The translations under genes and the position numbers were made by a program. Source: Octopus bimaculoides (lineage: Eukaryota). Taken from it: a DNA stretch of 64,000 nucleotides. The DNA is taken from contig NC_068998.1 of the NCBI RefSeq assembly GCF_001194135.2, positions 3,487,704 to 3,551,703 of the forward strand. The letters are read 5' to 3'. Positions 26,601-35,400 of the stretch are shown in pieces (the first letter of the stretch is position 1; the number at the start of each line of letters is the position of its first letter). The notes below the pieces were generated by a model. It made no database searches. It was given only the letters and a program-made list of their open reading frames with translations, and was not told the origin of the DNA.

Positions 26601-27408
26601 AATTCGGACGAAAGTAAAGAATACGTACACCCGGGGTTTAGGGTTAAGTCTTAGGTTACGCCGAAAACGGGTGGTGTACGTATTCCTTACTTCCGCTAAA
26701 ATTCGTAGAGTTTCGCCAATCCACCGCCCTAAATTGGTTCATTTTTTTAAACGACCTCGAAAGGATAAAAAACAGAATTTCCCATAGCAGGCGTGAGGTT
26801 ATTTAAGACCTAATGTTTACCAAGTCAAATCCCACCAGAGTCATAACTTGTGGACACAGCTTAAACGAATGGGACCCATGACAGATAGAATATCTATATC
26901 GAAAGAATACCAATTAATGCTTCTCATTAGGTCTCCGTTTACTGTGGTCCCTCAAAGTTACGCAGTTTGTATACGGGTGCCCATGTGCTTTACAACTAGG
27001 AAAGGGAATAAAAATTGCACGCACGCAAGATTTTCGGAATAAAACGGGATGTTTTGAATTAAAGACATTTGACTTATGTTTACTTGCATGGAAGCACATA
27101 TATTTTGCAAAGAATTACGAAATTTACACATGCAAATTTCTGCGTACACCAACAGCTAAAAATTAGAGATTAGACTAGAACTCCAAACAACACAAAAATA
27201 AATGTTTACGTTTTGGAATAATTGTCTTTCGAAGTCGCATACCTTGTGGGAAATAAAAAAAGATATTACCACGACTAAAAGACAAAACGAAATTGGTTCT
27301 CGGCACACTTACTTCGTCATAGGTAACACTTCTAATAAGAGGTATTTGATTTTTCCTTTGTATTGCCGACTCTGAAATCTTCCCGTCCGTTGTTGAAGTC
27401 ACTGCCAT
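3205..27408 (-). CDS. CFAP69: Cilia- and flagella-associated protein 69 (whole gene model; 22 coding exons found, 882 aa)
   Basis: complement(join(3205..3261,5435..5477,7942..8006,9038..9124,9723..9920,10627..10703,11673..11810,12174..12372,12922..13003,13205..13323,14046..14161,15221..15385,15885..16104,16896..17017,17380..17555,18121..18301,19282..19363,20265..20338,21972..22070,22504..22690,23519..23584,27313..27408)). All introns are GT..AG with matching phases; total 2649 nt with no internal stop. Peptides such as CGLPFLKEKASDE, RQLRNDILVI, YEDFEMKKLL, GHGNSYLGEGSRGTKIAQ and ENMRAKIY match CFAP69 as I recall it, in the correct order. Confidence 0.95.
4939..5145. mobile_element. Palindromic MITE/foldback element
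   Basis: About 75-bp inverted arms (gcaagacaaa..caagtcatatacgttactattattggaaaaattcaaagtctt..ctgtttctgggatat). Confidence 0.8.
5435..5477 (-). CDS. CFAP69: CFAP69 exon (QYFHSIDIPNLGTT)
   Basis: ctttccag acceptor; ACA|gtacgt donor; phase 2-0; resembles vertebrate IFHQTHIKGLNTT. Confidence 0.88.
6270..6425 (+). mobile_element. tRNA-derived SINE family A (CORE-like gcaccttgggcaagt); representative copy
   Basis: Other copies at approximately 1-60, 11880-11985, 14990-15135, 20585-20735, 25100-25185, 40555-40700, 49415-49570, 58845-58990, 60200-60365 and 62015-62170. Confidence 0.85.
7130..7830 (+). mobile_element. Degenerate RTE-clade LINE reverse-transcriptase fragment
   Basis: Peptides SIIVSCYKGDGDAL, VFVDLEKA, HQGLVLSPLLF, LCADDFALLA and GLKVNLAKTKVL, with frameshifts and stops. 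Confidence 0.9.
7942..8006 (-). CDS. CFAP69: CFAP69 exon (AAKRRQCLSIESSRILTDYLN)
   Basis: ttccag acceptor; AG|gtaagt donor; phase 0-2. Confidence 0.9.
9038..9124 (-). CDS. CFAP69: CFAP69 exon (MRKNYEQKEMEDNIWVQFVSRTSKYSLLQ)
   Basis: tttcag acceptor; CAA|gtaagt donor; phase 0-0. Confidence 0.92.
9723..9920 (-). CDS. CFAP69: CFAP69 exon (TGEVWVEVIEELEKE...DEQECYAE)
   Basis: ggcag acceptor; GAA|gtaagg donor; phase 0-0. Confidence 0.93.
10627..10703 (-). CDS. CFAP69: CFAP69 exon (GFSNLPGLTILDHVTLILIENYMDFK)
   Basis: ttgtag acceptor; AAG|gtttgt donor; phase 1-0. Confidence 0.93.
11673..11810 (-). CDS. CFAP69: CFAP69 exon (VRNPLAGQVQ...SPAIVEVTENMRAKIYCLFTKL)
   Basis: gtttag acceptor; G|gtaagt donor; phase 1-1. 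Confidence 0.95.
12174..12372 (-). CDS. CFAP69: CFAP69 exon (VLPHHMRSTILSCLVDLC...RIWQEEEKEMEVIKDPRGLIT)
   Basis: ttgcag acceptor; G|gtaaat donor; phase 0-1. Confidence 0.93.
12922..13003 (-). CDS. CFAP69: CFAP69 exon (CAVVGSSLLENHFLENEGCFLLLDLLE)
   Basis: tttcag acceptor; GAG|gtaagt donor; phase 2-0. Confidence 0.95.
13205..13323 (-). CDS. CFAP69: CFAP69 exon (ELLGTMGLDIL...SGLGYHILILATIDCIW)
   Basis: cttcag acceptor; TG|gtaaga donor; phase 0-2. Confidence 0.95.
14046..14161 (-). CDS. CFAP69: CFAP69 exon (MLALSLMEIG...ILLIISILCETDVHRK)
   Basis: caatag acceptor; AAG|gtaagg donor; phase 1-0. Confidence 0.93.
15221..15385 (-). CDS. CFAP69: CFAP69 exon (NFKGHGNSYLGEGSRGTKIAQTRLCLRL...DQGILNLIV)
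   Basis: tttcag acceptor; T|gtaagt donor; phase 1-1. Confidence 0.95.
15885..16104 (-). CDS. CFAP69: CFAP69 exon (LLCCGHLLRGLFFY...EYEEMQLHVL...LLEWCITK)
   Basis: ccgtag acceptor; A|gtaagt donor; phase 0-1. Confidence 0.95.
16896..17017 (-). CDS. CFAP69: CFAP69 exon (VKTHSPFIKDVKLTKCYEDFEMKKLLYSILCSLSQESASLP)
   Basis: pyrimidine tract plus cag acceptor; CCG|gtaagt donor; phase 1-0. Confidence 0.95.
17380..17555 (-). CDS. CFAP69: CFAP69 exon (KLKDTFVCLLKEG...RQLRNDILVI...FAIYPE)
   Basis: tttcag acceptor; G|gtaagt donor; phase 2-1. Confidence 0.95.
18121..18301 (-). CDS. CFAP69: CFAP69 exon (APCCDQMLEG...LLRTVEILWNIMDK...LECI)
   Basis: tttcag acceptor; AA|gtgagt donor; phase 1-2. Confidence 0.93.
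18403..18766. mobile_element. Long foldback/MITE with about 155-bp inverted arms
   Basis: ttgtttgccaacataacatggca...gctag arms are near-perfect reverse complements around a loop of about 50 nt. Confidence 0.85.
18770..18962 (-). mobile_element. tRNA-derived SINE family B (gaggtcgactttgcctttcatcctttcggggtcgataa core); representative copy
   Basis: Other copies at approximately 35480-35600, 36480-36640, 37110-37250, 40730-40925, 42480-42665, 51895-52115 and 54415-54620. Confidence 0.85.
19282..19363 (-). CDS. CFAP69: CFAP69 exon (CYQLEDGSNQNYKLLLLKVLQKYSHHS)
   Basis: ttctag acceptor; G|gtaaga donor; phase 0-1. Confidence 0.9.
20265..20338 (-). CDS. CFAP69: CFAP69 exon (KYQPCSKEYLVKLIDMSDMMLTIVK)
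   Basis: cacag acceptor; AAA|gtaagt donor; phase 1-0. Confidence 0.9.
21614..21888. mobile_element. Non-autonomous Tc1/mariner derivative (MITE)
   Basis: CAGGGT...ACCCT termini; 3' part closely matches 41350-41434. Confidence 0.75.
21972..22070 (-). CDS. CFAP69: CFAP69 exon (GYLMRVPCLESRKQICINLLNLYTDDIPNPNLV)
   Basis: ttgtag acceptor; A|gtaagt donor; phase 1-1. Confidence 0.92.
22504..22690 (-). CDS. CFAP69: CFAP69 exon (LLKDLLEVVSILNICCDRF...CGLPFLKEKASDE...FCQI)
   Basis: ttttag acceptor; G|gtaaga donor; phase 0-1. Confidence 0.95.
23295..23420 (+). mobile_element. SINE/LINE 3' tail family C (ggaagggcatccagctgtagaaacc...aacccatgccagcatgg...gatgatgat); representative copy
   Basis: Related copies at approximately 14780-14950, 17575-17915, 34610-34730 and 59960-60180. 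Confidence 0.8.
23519..23584 (-). CDS. CFAP69: CFAP69 exon (RQLYQRHAHSLQKIVKDYKDGF)
   Basis: poly-T tract plus tag acceptor; TTT|gtatcc donor; phase 0-0. Confidence 0.85.
24083..24320. mobile_element. Tc1/mariner MITE flanked by TA
   Basis: TIR CAGGGTTGGCCAAAAGTCACCCGACAGTAAATCAAAA and its near reverse complement. Confidence 0.85.
25189..25424. mobile_element. Twin-hairpin element with CCCTAA-like loops (Helentron/HINE-like, inferred)
   Basis: 70-bp inverted arms (3 mismatches) around taaacctaaccctaacag; second hairpin with loop ccctaatcctaaacccc; ggggcaact motifs at the flanks. Confidence 0.6.
27313..27408 (-). CDS. CFAP69: CFAP69 first coding exon (MAVTSTTDGKISESAIQRKNQIPLIRSVTYDE)
   Basis: ATG at 27408; donor GAA|gtaagt, phase 0; QIPLIRSVTYDE resembles QIPVVGVVTEDDE at the vertebrate N-terminus. 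Confidence 0.85.
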
Positions 27409-27715
27409 GTTACCTGTCTCCAAGGACCTCTTCTCTTTATTCATATATGTGAAAAATAATAATAATAATATTGACAAAAATTGCCGCAAAAGAAATTTAC
27501 TGTTTTGAAAGAGTTGGCATTATTTCGAATTATTGAAGAGACAATTGTTCATCCTTCTGTTAGTGCTGCAGGCTTGAGACAGTTTTTGGTTCCATTTCAT
27601 ACATACACACATATATACGTATCTGCATACATATATATCGTTATAAGGCTTTCGGGTTCTCTACTTAAGTTTGTAAAAATACCTTCTCTTCGCTACCAAC
27701 AACTTTAACTATGTC

Positions 27716-27728
27716 GTTGCTAGGTAAC
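27716..27728. promoter_or_regulatory. RFX X-box-like motif (GTTGCTAGGTAAC)
   Basis: 13-bp near-palindrome fitting the GTTGCC-AT-GGCAAC-type consensus, 308 nt upstream of the CFAP69 ATG; X-boxes are typical of ciliary gene promoters. Confidence 0.7.
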
Positions 27729-27860
27729 ACACCTGCCGCATTTACCTTCATTTTCTCGCGTGCAATTTTCCCTCCCACTTCCACGAGCTTTTGTTCTGCT
27801 TCCTCTTTCTTTGTGTCTTTTATACGCTCTTTCTCTCACTCTATCTTTCTCCCTCCGTCA

Positions 27861-27892
<32 letters not shown>

Positions 27893-28093
27893 TTCTTTCA
27901 ATCTTCATTTCTCTTTTTTACTCTTTGTTTCTTTCATTCACTCTTTCAATCTCCCTCCGTCTCACTCTGACAGGTTTTCTTTAATAATCCCTCTCTCTCT
28001 CTCTCTCTGTCACTCTTTTTCTTTCACTCGCTCTCTGTCTCAATAACCTGTTCTTTGCACACCTGGGGCCGTGAGTTACAAATAAAGGTGCCA

Positions 28094-28237
28094 ATGCTAA
28101 AAAGAATAAAGCATAAATCATTCTTTGAAGAGCTGGAGTTGCTGAAGAAATGCGATAACATCTAAGAAGACGTCTACAAAGGCTTTGGTCTGGACCCATC
28201 AACGGTGTCTGCCGTAAAGAAACAAAGAGGAATTTGA
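28094..28237 (+). mobile_element. Decayed pogo/Tigger (CENP-B-type HTH) transposase N-terminal fragment
   Basis: Translates as MLKRIKHKSFFEELELLKKCDNI*EDVYKGFGLDPSTVSAVKKQRGI*; the FGLDPSTVSAV helix-turn-helix pattern is present with an internal stop. Confidence 0.45.
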
Positions 28238-29289
28238 AAGTTTAAATTGGAAAACAATAAAACCCGTTCTCTTTCGTCATTCATTTATTATTCATAATAA
28301 TCCTAATTAACAGATGAAATGTACAAAAAAATCATGAGTGTGTAACCGGGTTTAATTAAAAAGACTTGTCAGTCTGTTTCATGGGTCAAAGGAATATTGG
28401 TGGATCTTAAAGATTAAAACAGCCTTACGTCGTTGCTGCAAGGAAAAAAACAATACAGGCAAAATTTTTTATGTATGTGCGTGTGTGTAGTATTTTTTTT
28501 CTTTGTGTGTTGTCCTGTAAGACAATAGATGGAAGCAACGTTGTTTTTTTTTTTTCAAGCCATGTGGAGTCAGGCGAAAAGAGAAATCACTGTTCACTCG
28601 TTTGTTCTTTTCTCGGTCTCAATTGGTGTTGAAAAAAANNNNNNNNNNNNNNNNNNNNNNNNNNNNNNNNNNNNNNNNNNNNNNNNNNNNNNNNNNNNNN
28701 NNNNNNNNNNNNNNNNNNNNNNNNNNNNNNNNNNNNNNNNNNNNNNNNNNNNNNNNAAAAAAAAAAAAAAAAAAAAAACCTGGTCAGCGGCTAGAGAGAA
28801 AACGCTCGTGTCATAGTAGTTGATGGTTCAATTTCCAGGCTGTATGGTATTTTTTCTCCGGGGTAAGAAAACTGTTGCAGTTGGTTGTTCCATTTCCTCG
28901 TCTCTTGTGTTGTTTTTTGGGGGTTTTTTTTCGTCGTCTCTTCATTTTTTTTTACGAGTTGTTAGAGAGATAATTCCGTTATCACGTCGGGGGTCACCAG
29001 TTATAAGAATTGGATGCGTTATGACGGCTCGGCCGTCTCTCCCCAGTTCTTATATTAATCATTAAAATCCAGAAATACAACAACACGAGGGGTAACGACA
29101 GGTCACTAGTTTATTCTAGGTTGGTGTAGAGCCGTTTCGTTCCTTGGTGAATAGGCATGCCGCTAGAATACCAAAGAAGCTTCGACCACATGTCGGGGTC
29201 GAGTTGTCAGAGAGCCTGGAAGACGTCCTGTCACGACGGTTCCTGGATGGAAAAGAGAGGGAACGCTATTGCTTTTTCTCCACCTGTTG

Positions 29290-29372
29290 CATTGCGCATG
29301 CGTACTCGGGTACTTCCGCTGACGGCAAATCCCTTGCACATGCGCAATGGCACTTCCCAAGATGGCGGCCAC
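29290..29372. promoter_or_regulatory. CpG-rich promoter-like motif cluster: two NRF1-like, one ETS, one YY1
   Basis: TGCGCATGCGTA 29293-29304; ACTTCCG 29312-29318; GCACATGCGCA 29336-29346; AAGATGGCGGC 29359-29369; lies between two divergent genes. Confidence 0.6.
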
Positions 29373-29539
29373 ACGCGCCGCTACAAAAGGATGACAGAAT
29401 AAATACCATGCTTTAAAAAATAAGTACTCGGGTTGTTTCACTAAACAAAAAATTCTTCAAGTCGGTGCCCCAGCATGGCCGCAGTCTAATGCCTGAAACA
29501 AATAAAAGATAAAACATACGTACATTTAGACACACACAG

Positions 29540-29639
29540 ATAGATAGATAGATAGATAGGGGGAAAGAGAGGGGGAGACAGAGACAGACAGATAGATAGA
29601 TAGAGAGAGAGAAAGACAGACAGATAGATAGATGTATAG

Positions 29640-29670
<31 letters not shown>

Positions 29671-29737
29671 GGTAGATAGATAAATAGATAGATAGGTAGA
29701 TAGATAGATAGATAGATGGATAGATAGATAGATAGAT
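29540..29737. repeat. (GATA)n/(GACA)n compound microsatellite
   Basis: Directly visible tandem gata/gaca units. Confidence 0.95.
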
Positions 29738-29975
29738 GAAGAGACTTAAAAAAAAACATTTGGGGCAACTAGGGGTGGGTAACTCAAAAGTAACCGACAG
29801 CGTTGCGCCGCCGAACGAGGGCGCTAGTTGTCACAAACAGGAAGTTTACATACTTCAACAGATGCCAAGTGATTTCTGCTTCACTTTGTTTACATCTCGA
29901 TCCTTTTGTCTCTCCGTTCCTCTCTTGTTTACATAACAAGCGACATTGTTCTTTGTTGAAGGCACTCATTAAAGA

Positions 29976-30163
29976 ATGACTGCTTACAGGAAACTAAATT
30001 CCTCCGTTAAACCCAACCGACGTTATGGCTTTAAAAGACGCTGTCTCTCCCTTTTTGGCCGATTCATATTTCTGTCGGTCATCGCAATAACGTTGTTGCT
30101 GACCATCGGCCTTCTCTACATCTACGCCACATATCCACCTCACGCTTCTTGCACAATCAAATG
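29976..30163 (+). CDS. Exon 1 of plus-strand gene (MTAYRK...TM helix...PPHASCTIKW)
   Basis: ATG at 29976; TG|gtgagt donor, phase 2. Confidence 0.85.
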
Positions 30164-31386
30164 GTGAGTAACTCTTCTGTTCACTTCTTTCTTCATTTAT
30201 TTACTGTTTCTTCCGTCTCATTCTCGGTTCAAATCCTGCCGAGGTCATCTTCGCCCTTCCAGGGTCCATCAAATAAAGCACCAGATATAATCAACCAGTT
30301 CCCCCCACTCTCTCCGCTTATCCGTCTTAAATAGCATCGTAGTTCGCTAAACTACCCATCGTAGGGCAAAGCAACGCACTGGGGTCCCAACATACGCAGT
30401 GACACCCCGTATAGATTAGATCGTGGCCACTAAACTCGTGGGGTCCTTCGGGGCTACTTCCCCGTCTGATTATGTCTTAACTTGGCCCTGTCTCTCAGCT
30501 TAAAATTGTTAGTCTTTATACCTAATTAAAAATTGTTATTTGATGCTGTTTTACTATATTAAATTCTCTTCCATCAAAGCTTCCCCGATTTCCATTGTTT
30601 GTTCGCTTCTCCCTCATTTCGAACTCCCTCCCCCAATCCGCGAGTACCAGATCACACCCTTTGTTAAGGAAAAGACAAGAGCTCGATTCCGTATAATGGT
30701 TTTTATTCTATCAAGGTGTTAGATTTGAAAAGTTAATTTTATTCAACGTGAGTAATTTACCTGATCCCTGTTTTCACCAACACCTTTACCAGTTTAGCCC
30801 CTGAGAAACACTACCTTAGCATGCATTCCACTTCATATCGAGACAGACCTGGGCCTATTACTGGATAATATTTAAGAATTTGATGATATCGATAATTCAT
30901 TCATACACTTAAGAATACTCACAATCATGTTCTCTGTCCCTCTCTTTCTCTCTCTCTCTCCGTGCGCGTGTATATATAAATATATATATAGAGAGAGTGA
31001 GAGATCAGTAAAACTAGGCACTTGTATAATGAGTGCGTATGTTAATCAAATTCATATTACTCGCTTGGTAAGATTGGTTGTAATGCATCTATAACACAGT
31101 AATAATTACCACGATGTGTGTGTGTGTGTGTATGAAGTCTCCTGATGAACCTGTATACACAAAAATTACGATGTTTCTAGGTTTTTCTCACAAAAAATAA
31201 AAAAACTTTATAATTGGACTTCCCAGAATAAGCATCTCTCTTATTTAGTTTCAGCATCCGTTTTATATACAAAACTTTGTTGCATACACAAAGCTTTGTG
31301 CGTGTGTATATAAATATATATAATAAGTAGATGGAACGTAACGCTATATATATATATACAGCTATATATACATACATACATACATC

Positions 31387-31418
<32 letters not shown>

Positions 31419-32427
31419 TATATATATGTATGTATGTATGTATATATATATATGATAGTGGTGTGAAGAAAAATACCCTGAAAATTATATTTTGATTTTC
31501 TTAAAGAATGGTATCACATGTTTTGGAACTAAATTTTGATCTGGTTATTGTATTGTTGTGGAATTTGAACCCCATGTGTGTATATATATGTATATATTTG
31601 TTTGTTTATGTGGGTTTGTATCTGTATGTATATATTATGATTGCATCATTATTGTGTGTTTATATATGTGTGTGTGTCTTTACGTATGTATATGTGTTAG
31701 TTTTTCTTGTCAGTAAACCTTCCAGTTACCCCCATACCTTCAAAGCTTTGTAAAATAAGAAATCCCTTGAAAAAAAAAAAAAAAACTGGTGATGGTTAGC
31801 AGCATTTTGCTGTAAAACAATGCCTTCGCTATCATATTCGTCCAACCCATGCAAATATGGAAAAACGAACGAACAAATACTTGCAGAAATAAAGGTTTTG
31901 CTATTGTTTTTATTATTAATTTTGGCTGTGTTCTCCATTAATACCCTCACAGCATTTTATGTAAGAGTACATTATCATTCTCATTAAGTCCCTTTGGCAA
32001 ACCCCCCACCCACCCTATCTTCAAAATCTTAAACATGTGACTCGATTCTATGTCACATTGTAGAACTTGGGATGGGCACCAGACATTTTGGAATGTTAGC
32101 AAAATTCTTTATGACCTACATTGACTGATTTATGCAATCTATGGAACAGGGTGTTTTTTTTTATTCTGGCATAGTGTATCTGGGACTGTATTAACCAATG
32201 TGTTAATACAGGTTATTGAACAAGAATTTGCTGGACCTTCTTTCTCAGTCTACAAGTGACTCCCACCATATATGTATGTGTATATATATGTATATATATA
32301 TATAGAACCATCATGGCATCTGATGTGGCATTTTAAACCAGACAATGTTTTCCAAAGACTACCGCATAGATTGCACATTCCGATTTGGATCACCAAAAGC
32401 TGCAGTTAAGCTCTGATCTTTATGGAG

Positions 32428-32461
<34 letters not shown>

Positions 32462-35400
32462 CAATTAGAAAATGGAGGATAATATGCTGAACCCAACTAT
32501 TTGCAGACGGTGTATCCCGTTGAATTCATTAATTTAATTCATAGCAAAAGTGACAGAAAAAGAAAGAAAGAACCAAAGCACAGGTGTCCATGGCAGACTA
32601 TGTTATTTTGCCAACANNNNNNNNNNNNNNNNNNNNNNNNNNNNNNNNNNNNNNNNNNNNNNNNNNNNNNNNNNNNNNNNNNNNNNNNNNNNNNNNNNNN
32701 NNNNNNNNNNNNNNNNNNNNNNNNNNNNNNNNNNNNNNNNNNNNNNNNNNNNNNNNNNNNNNNNNNNNNNNNNNNNNNNNNNNNNNNNNNNNNNNNNNNN
32801 NNNNNNNNNNNNNNNNNNNNNNNNACCATGTTGGCAAAATAACATAGTCTGCCATGGACACCTGTGCTTTGGTTCTTTCTTTCTTTTTCTTTCTTTTTTT
32901 GTCACTTTTGCTATGAATTAAATTAATGAATTCAACGGGATACACCGTCTGCAAATAGTTGGGTTCAGCATATTATCCTCCATTTTCTAATTGTTATACA
33001 AATTTTGGGTAAAACCTTCACTTTTACCCGCTCCCATTGATTGCACCTAGTATAGCACTAGTGTAGCAATAATTGGGTACCCTCCCAGCAGTATACTGGA
33101 TAGATACTATCCCTTAGTGGGTTGAACCCCCAACCCCTAACTCTCTCACGTTATATATATATATATATATATAAATATGTATGTATGTATCTATGTAGAG
33201 TACATGGCTTAATGGTTAAGACATTGCATTCATGACCACAAGATCATGGTTCAAATTCCTGGACCACTAGGCTATGCATCTTCATTTATATGTGTGCGAA
33301 GGTCACATGGCATAGTGGTTAAGTTGTTGCAGTCACAACTATGGGATTGTGATTTCAATTCCTGGACTGGGTGGTGCATTGTGCTCTTGAGCGAAACACC
33401 TCATTTCTTATTGCTCTGCAACCACTTTGACGCCTAACATGTAGTACACCATGCCCCCCCCCCCTATTCAGGAAACATCGATTTGATGGAGAGAGTGAGG
33501 TTCATGTACAACACAAACATTTGATCGCTATAAGCGAATCGTTTGTGCAGCTTGTTCAGCAAGAAATTGCAGCACCGTCTACCTTGGACTACAAGAGACA
33601 ACCACCATCTACTGCTTCCATTCCTGGTCTCTGTGACATTCAACAGTTTCAGATGTGACCATCCCTGTCTGTCCTTCAGCCCTCCTCCCCTCTCCCACTT
33701 GACTTCAGACAAACAATTCACATAAATACGCAATAAGTATATAAAGCAGACAATATGTCGTATCTCATTGATATTTTATCAACATGCTGTTGTTTATGTT
33801 GTTGTTGTTGTTGTTAGTATTGCTATTGTCAGTCAAAGTGTATTCCAAGTGGCCTCCTCCAAAGAGACGTGGAATATCAATTTTTGGTGAGAAATACAAG
33901 TTGCCTTATCCTCTTTCCAACTCTGATCCAGCTGATGTTTTCCCACAGGAAATGGAACACATAAAATGGTAATGAGCTCCAATTAACCAGTGGACATGGC
34001 AGACACAACAACAAACAAACAATAAACAATATGACTGACTGATGTAAATACTACAGGGTGGAGGTGGTAGGTAAGATGTTGTGGCGCAGGTGAAAGAGGA
34101 GGGGGAAAAGAAGAAGAAGATTATTTCTGTCAGCTACATAGTTTATTTCTCAGAGCAGCAACTCAAATCTGCTAGAATCATTTGGTTCCATTTCTAAGAC
34201 AAGCTTTGAATTTTAATTCGTTTAACTTCCGTAATGGTTACCAGTTTGTGTGTGTGTGTGAGGATAGCATTATATATATATGCTTGTCTAACCATTGGGC
34301 TGTCAGATAAATTTGTTTGTTTTCTTTTTCTCCCCTCTTGACACACCATCATCATCGTCATCATCATTTAATGTCCATCTTCCATGCATGGGTAGGACGG
34401 TTAACAGCAGCCGACCAAGTAGGAAAACTTCCCTAGGCTACTGTGTCATTGTATGTCTGAAAAGTGGGAAAATTTATTTGAGCTTCAAAAACGATAGATG
34501 AAAGCTGAAGAGGAAGAATAAAAAAAACTCCCCCCCCCCCAAATAAAAACAGCAGCAAAATACATAAAACAGTATGATAAAATATAATTTTCTCATATTA
34601 ATTAAAATATTGGCGTTAGGAAGGGCATCCAGCTGTAGAAACCTCGCCAGATCAGACTGGAGCCTGGTGCAGCCAACTGGATTGCTAGTCCCCAGTCAAA
34701 CCGTTCAATCGATGATGATGATGATGATGGTGAACATTTGAAAGAATTGAAATAAATAAAACCAAACTGAANNNNNNNNNNATGTCTTAATATCATTTAT
34801 CTGGCAAAGACAGGTGTTTTAACTAACGACTCTGAAGTTTGTTTTGAATCCTTTAAAAGCTGTTGGGTGTCTTCATTAACAAGTCTAACCGGTTCGTTTA
34901 AGTTTTAAGGAATTGTGGTTTTTCTTGTAGATTTTTTTGTTTTTGTTTTATTCTCCTGTTGGTTTCTCAAGTCATTTGACTTTGGGTGCAGTGGATTACA
35001 TCAAGGGGCCCATCCCTCTCATGTTTGAGAATTTTTTATTCACTCCTGGAAGAATGCATTAATTATTTCAACCTGGCTGTGTTTGTAGACAGTTCAAAAG
35101 AATACTTTTAACAAAAAAAAAAAATAAAATAAAATGATAGCATAGTGTATATGTGATTGATAATTTATATATATATAACATCCTGGGGCCCTGGTTTGGG
35201 AGTTCCAAGTTTATGAGGAGTGTGCAACCACCTCTTAGCTATTGTTGTCCCCAGGTCTACTCAAACTCCTAGTAGTGTTACCTGTTAGGGTTCCAGCTAT
35301 CGGTTTAGTAGCATATTAGGACTAGACTATTTATGCATTCGAAGACTGGATCTGGCAGACTGTGCAGAAGGAACCTTCATGGTTCAACGGAGGCGGTGGG

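Noticed and set aside
29144-29441. 81-92 aa ORFs in the GC-rich intergenic patch; also considered as RNase P/MRP, U3 or 7SK
   Set aside because: No homology recognised and diagnostic RNA boxes absent; GC-richness explains the open frames, and promoter motifs explain the region better.
31139-31165. CTGATGA as a hammerhead core (also 5042, 18577 and 50135 minus)
   Set aside because: No stem II followed by GAAA and no stem I complement.
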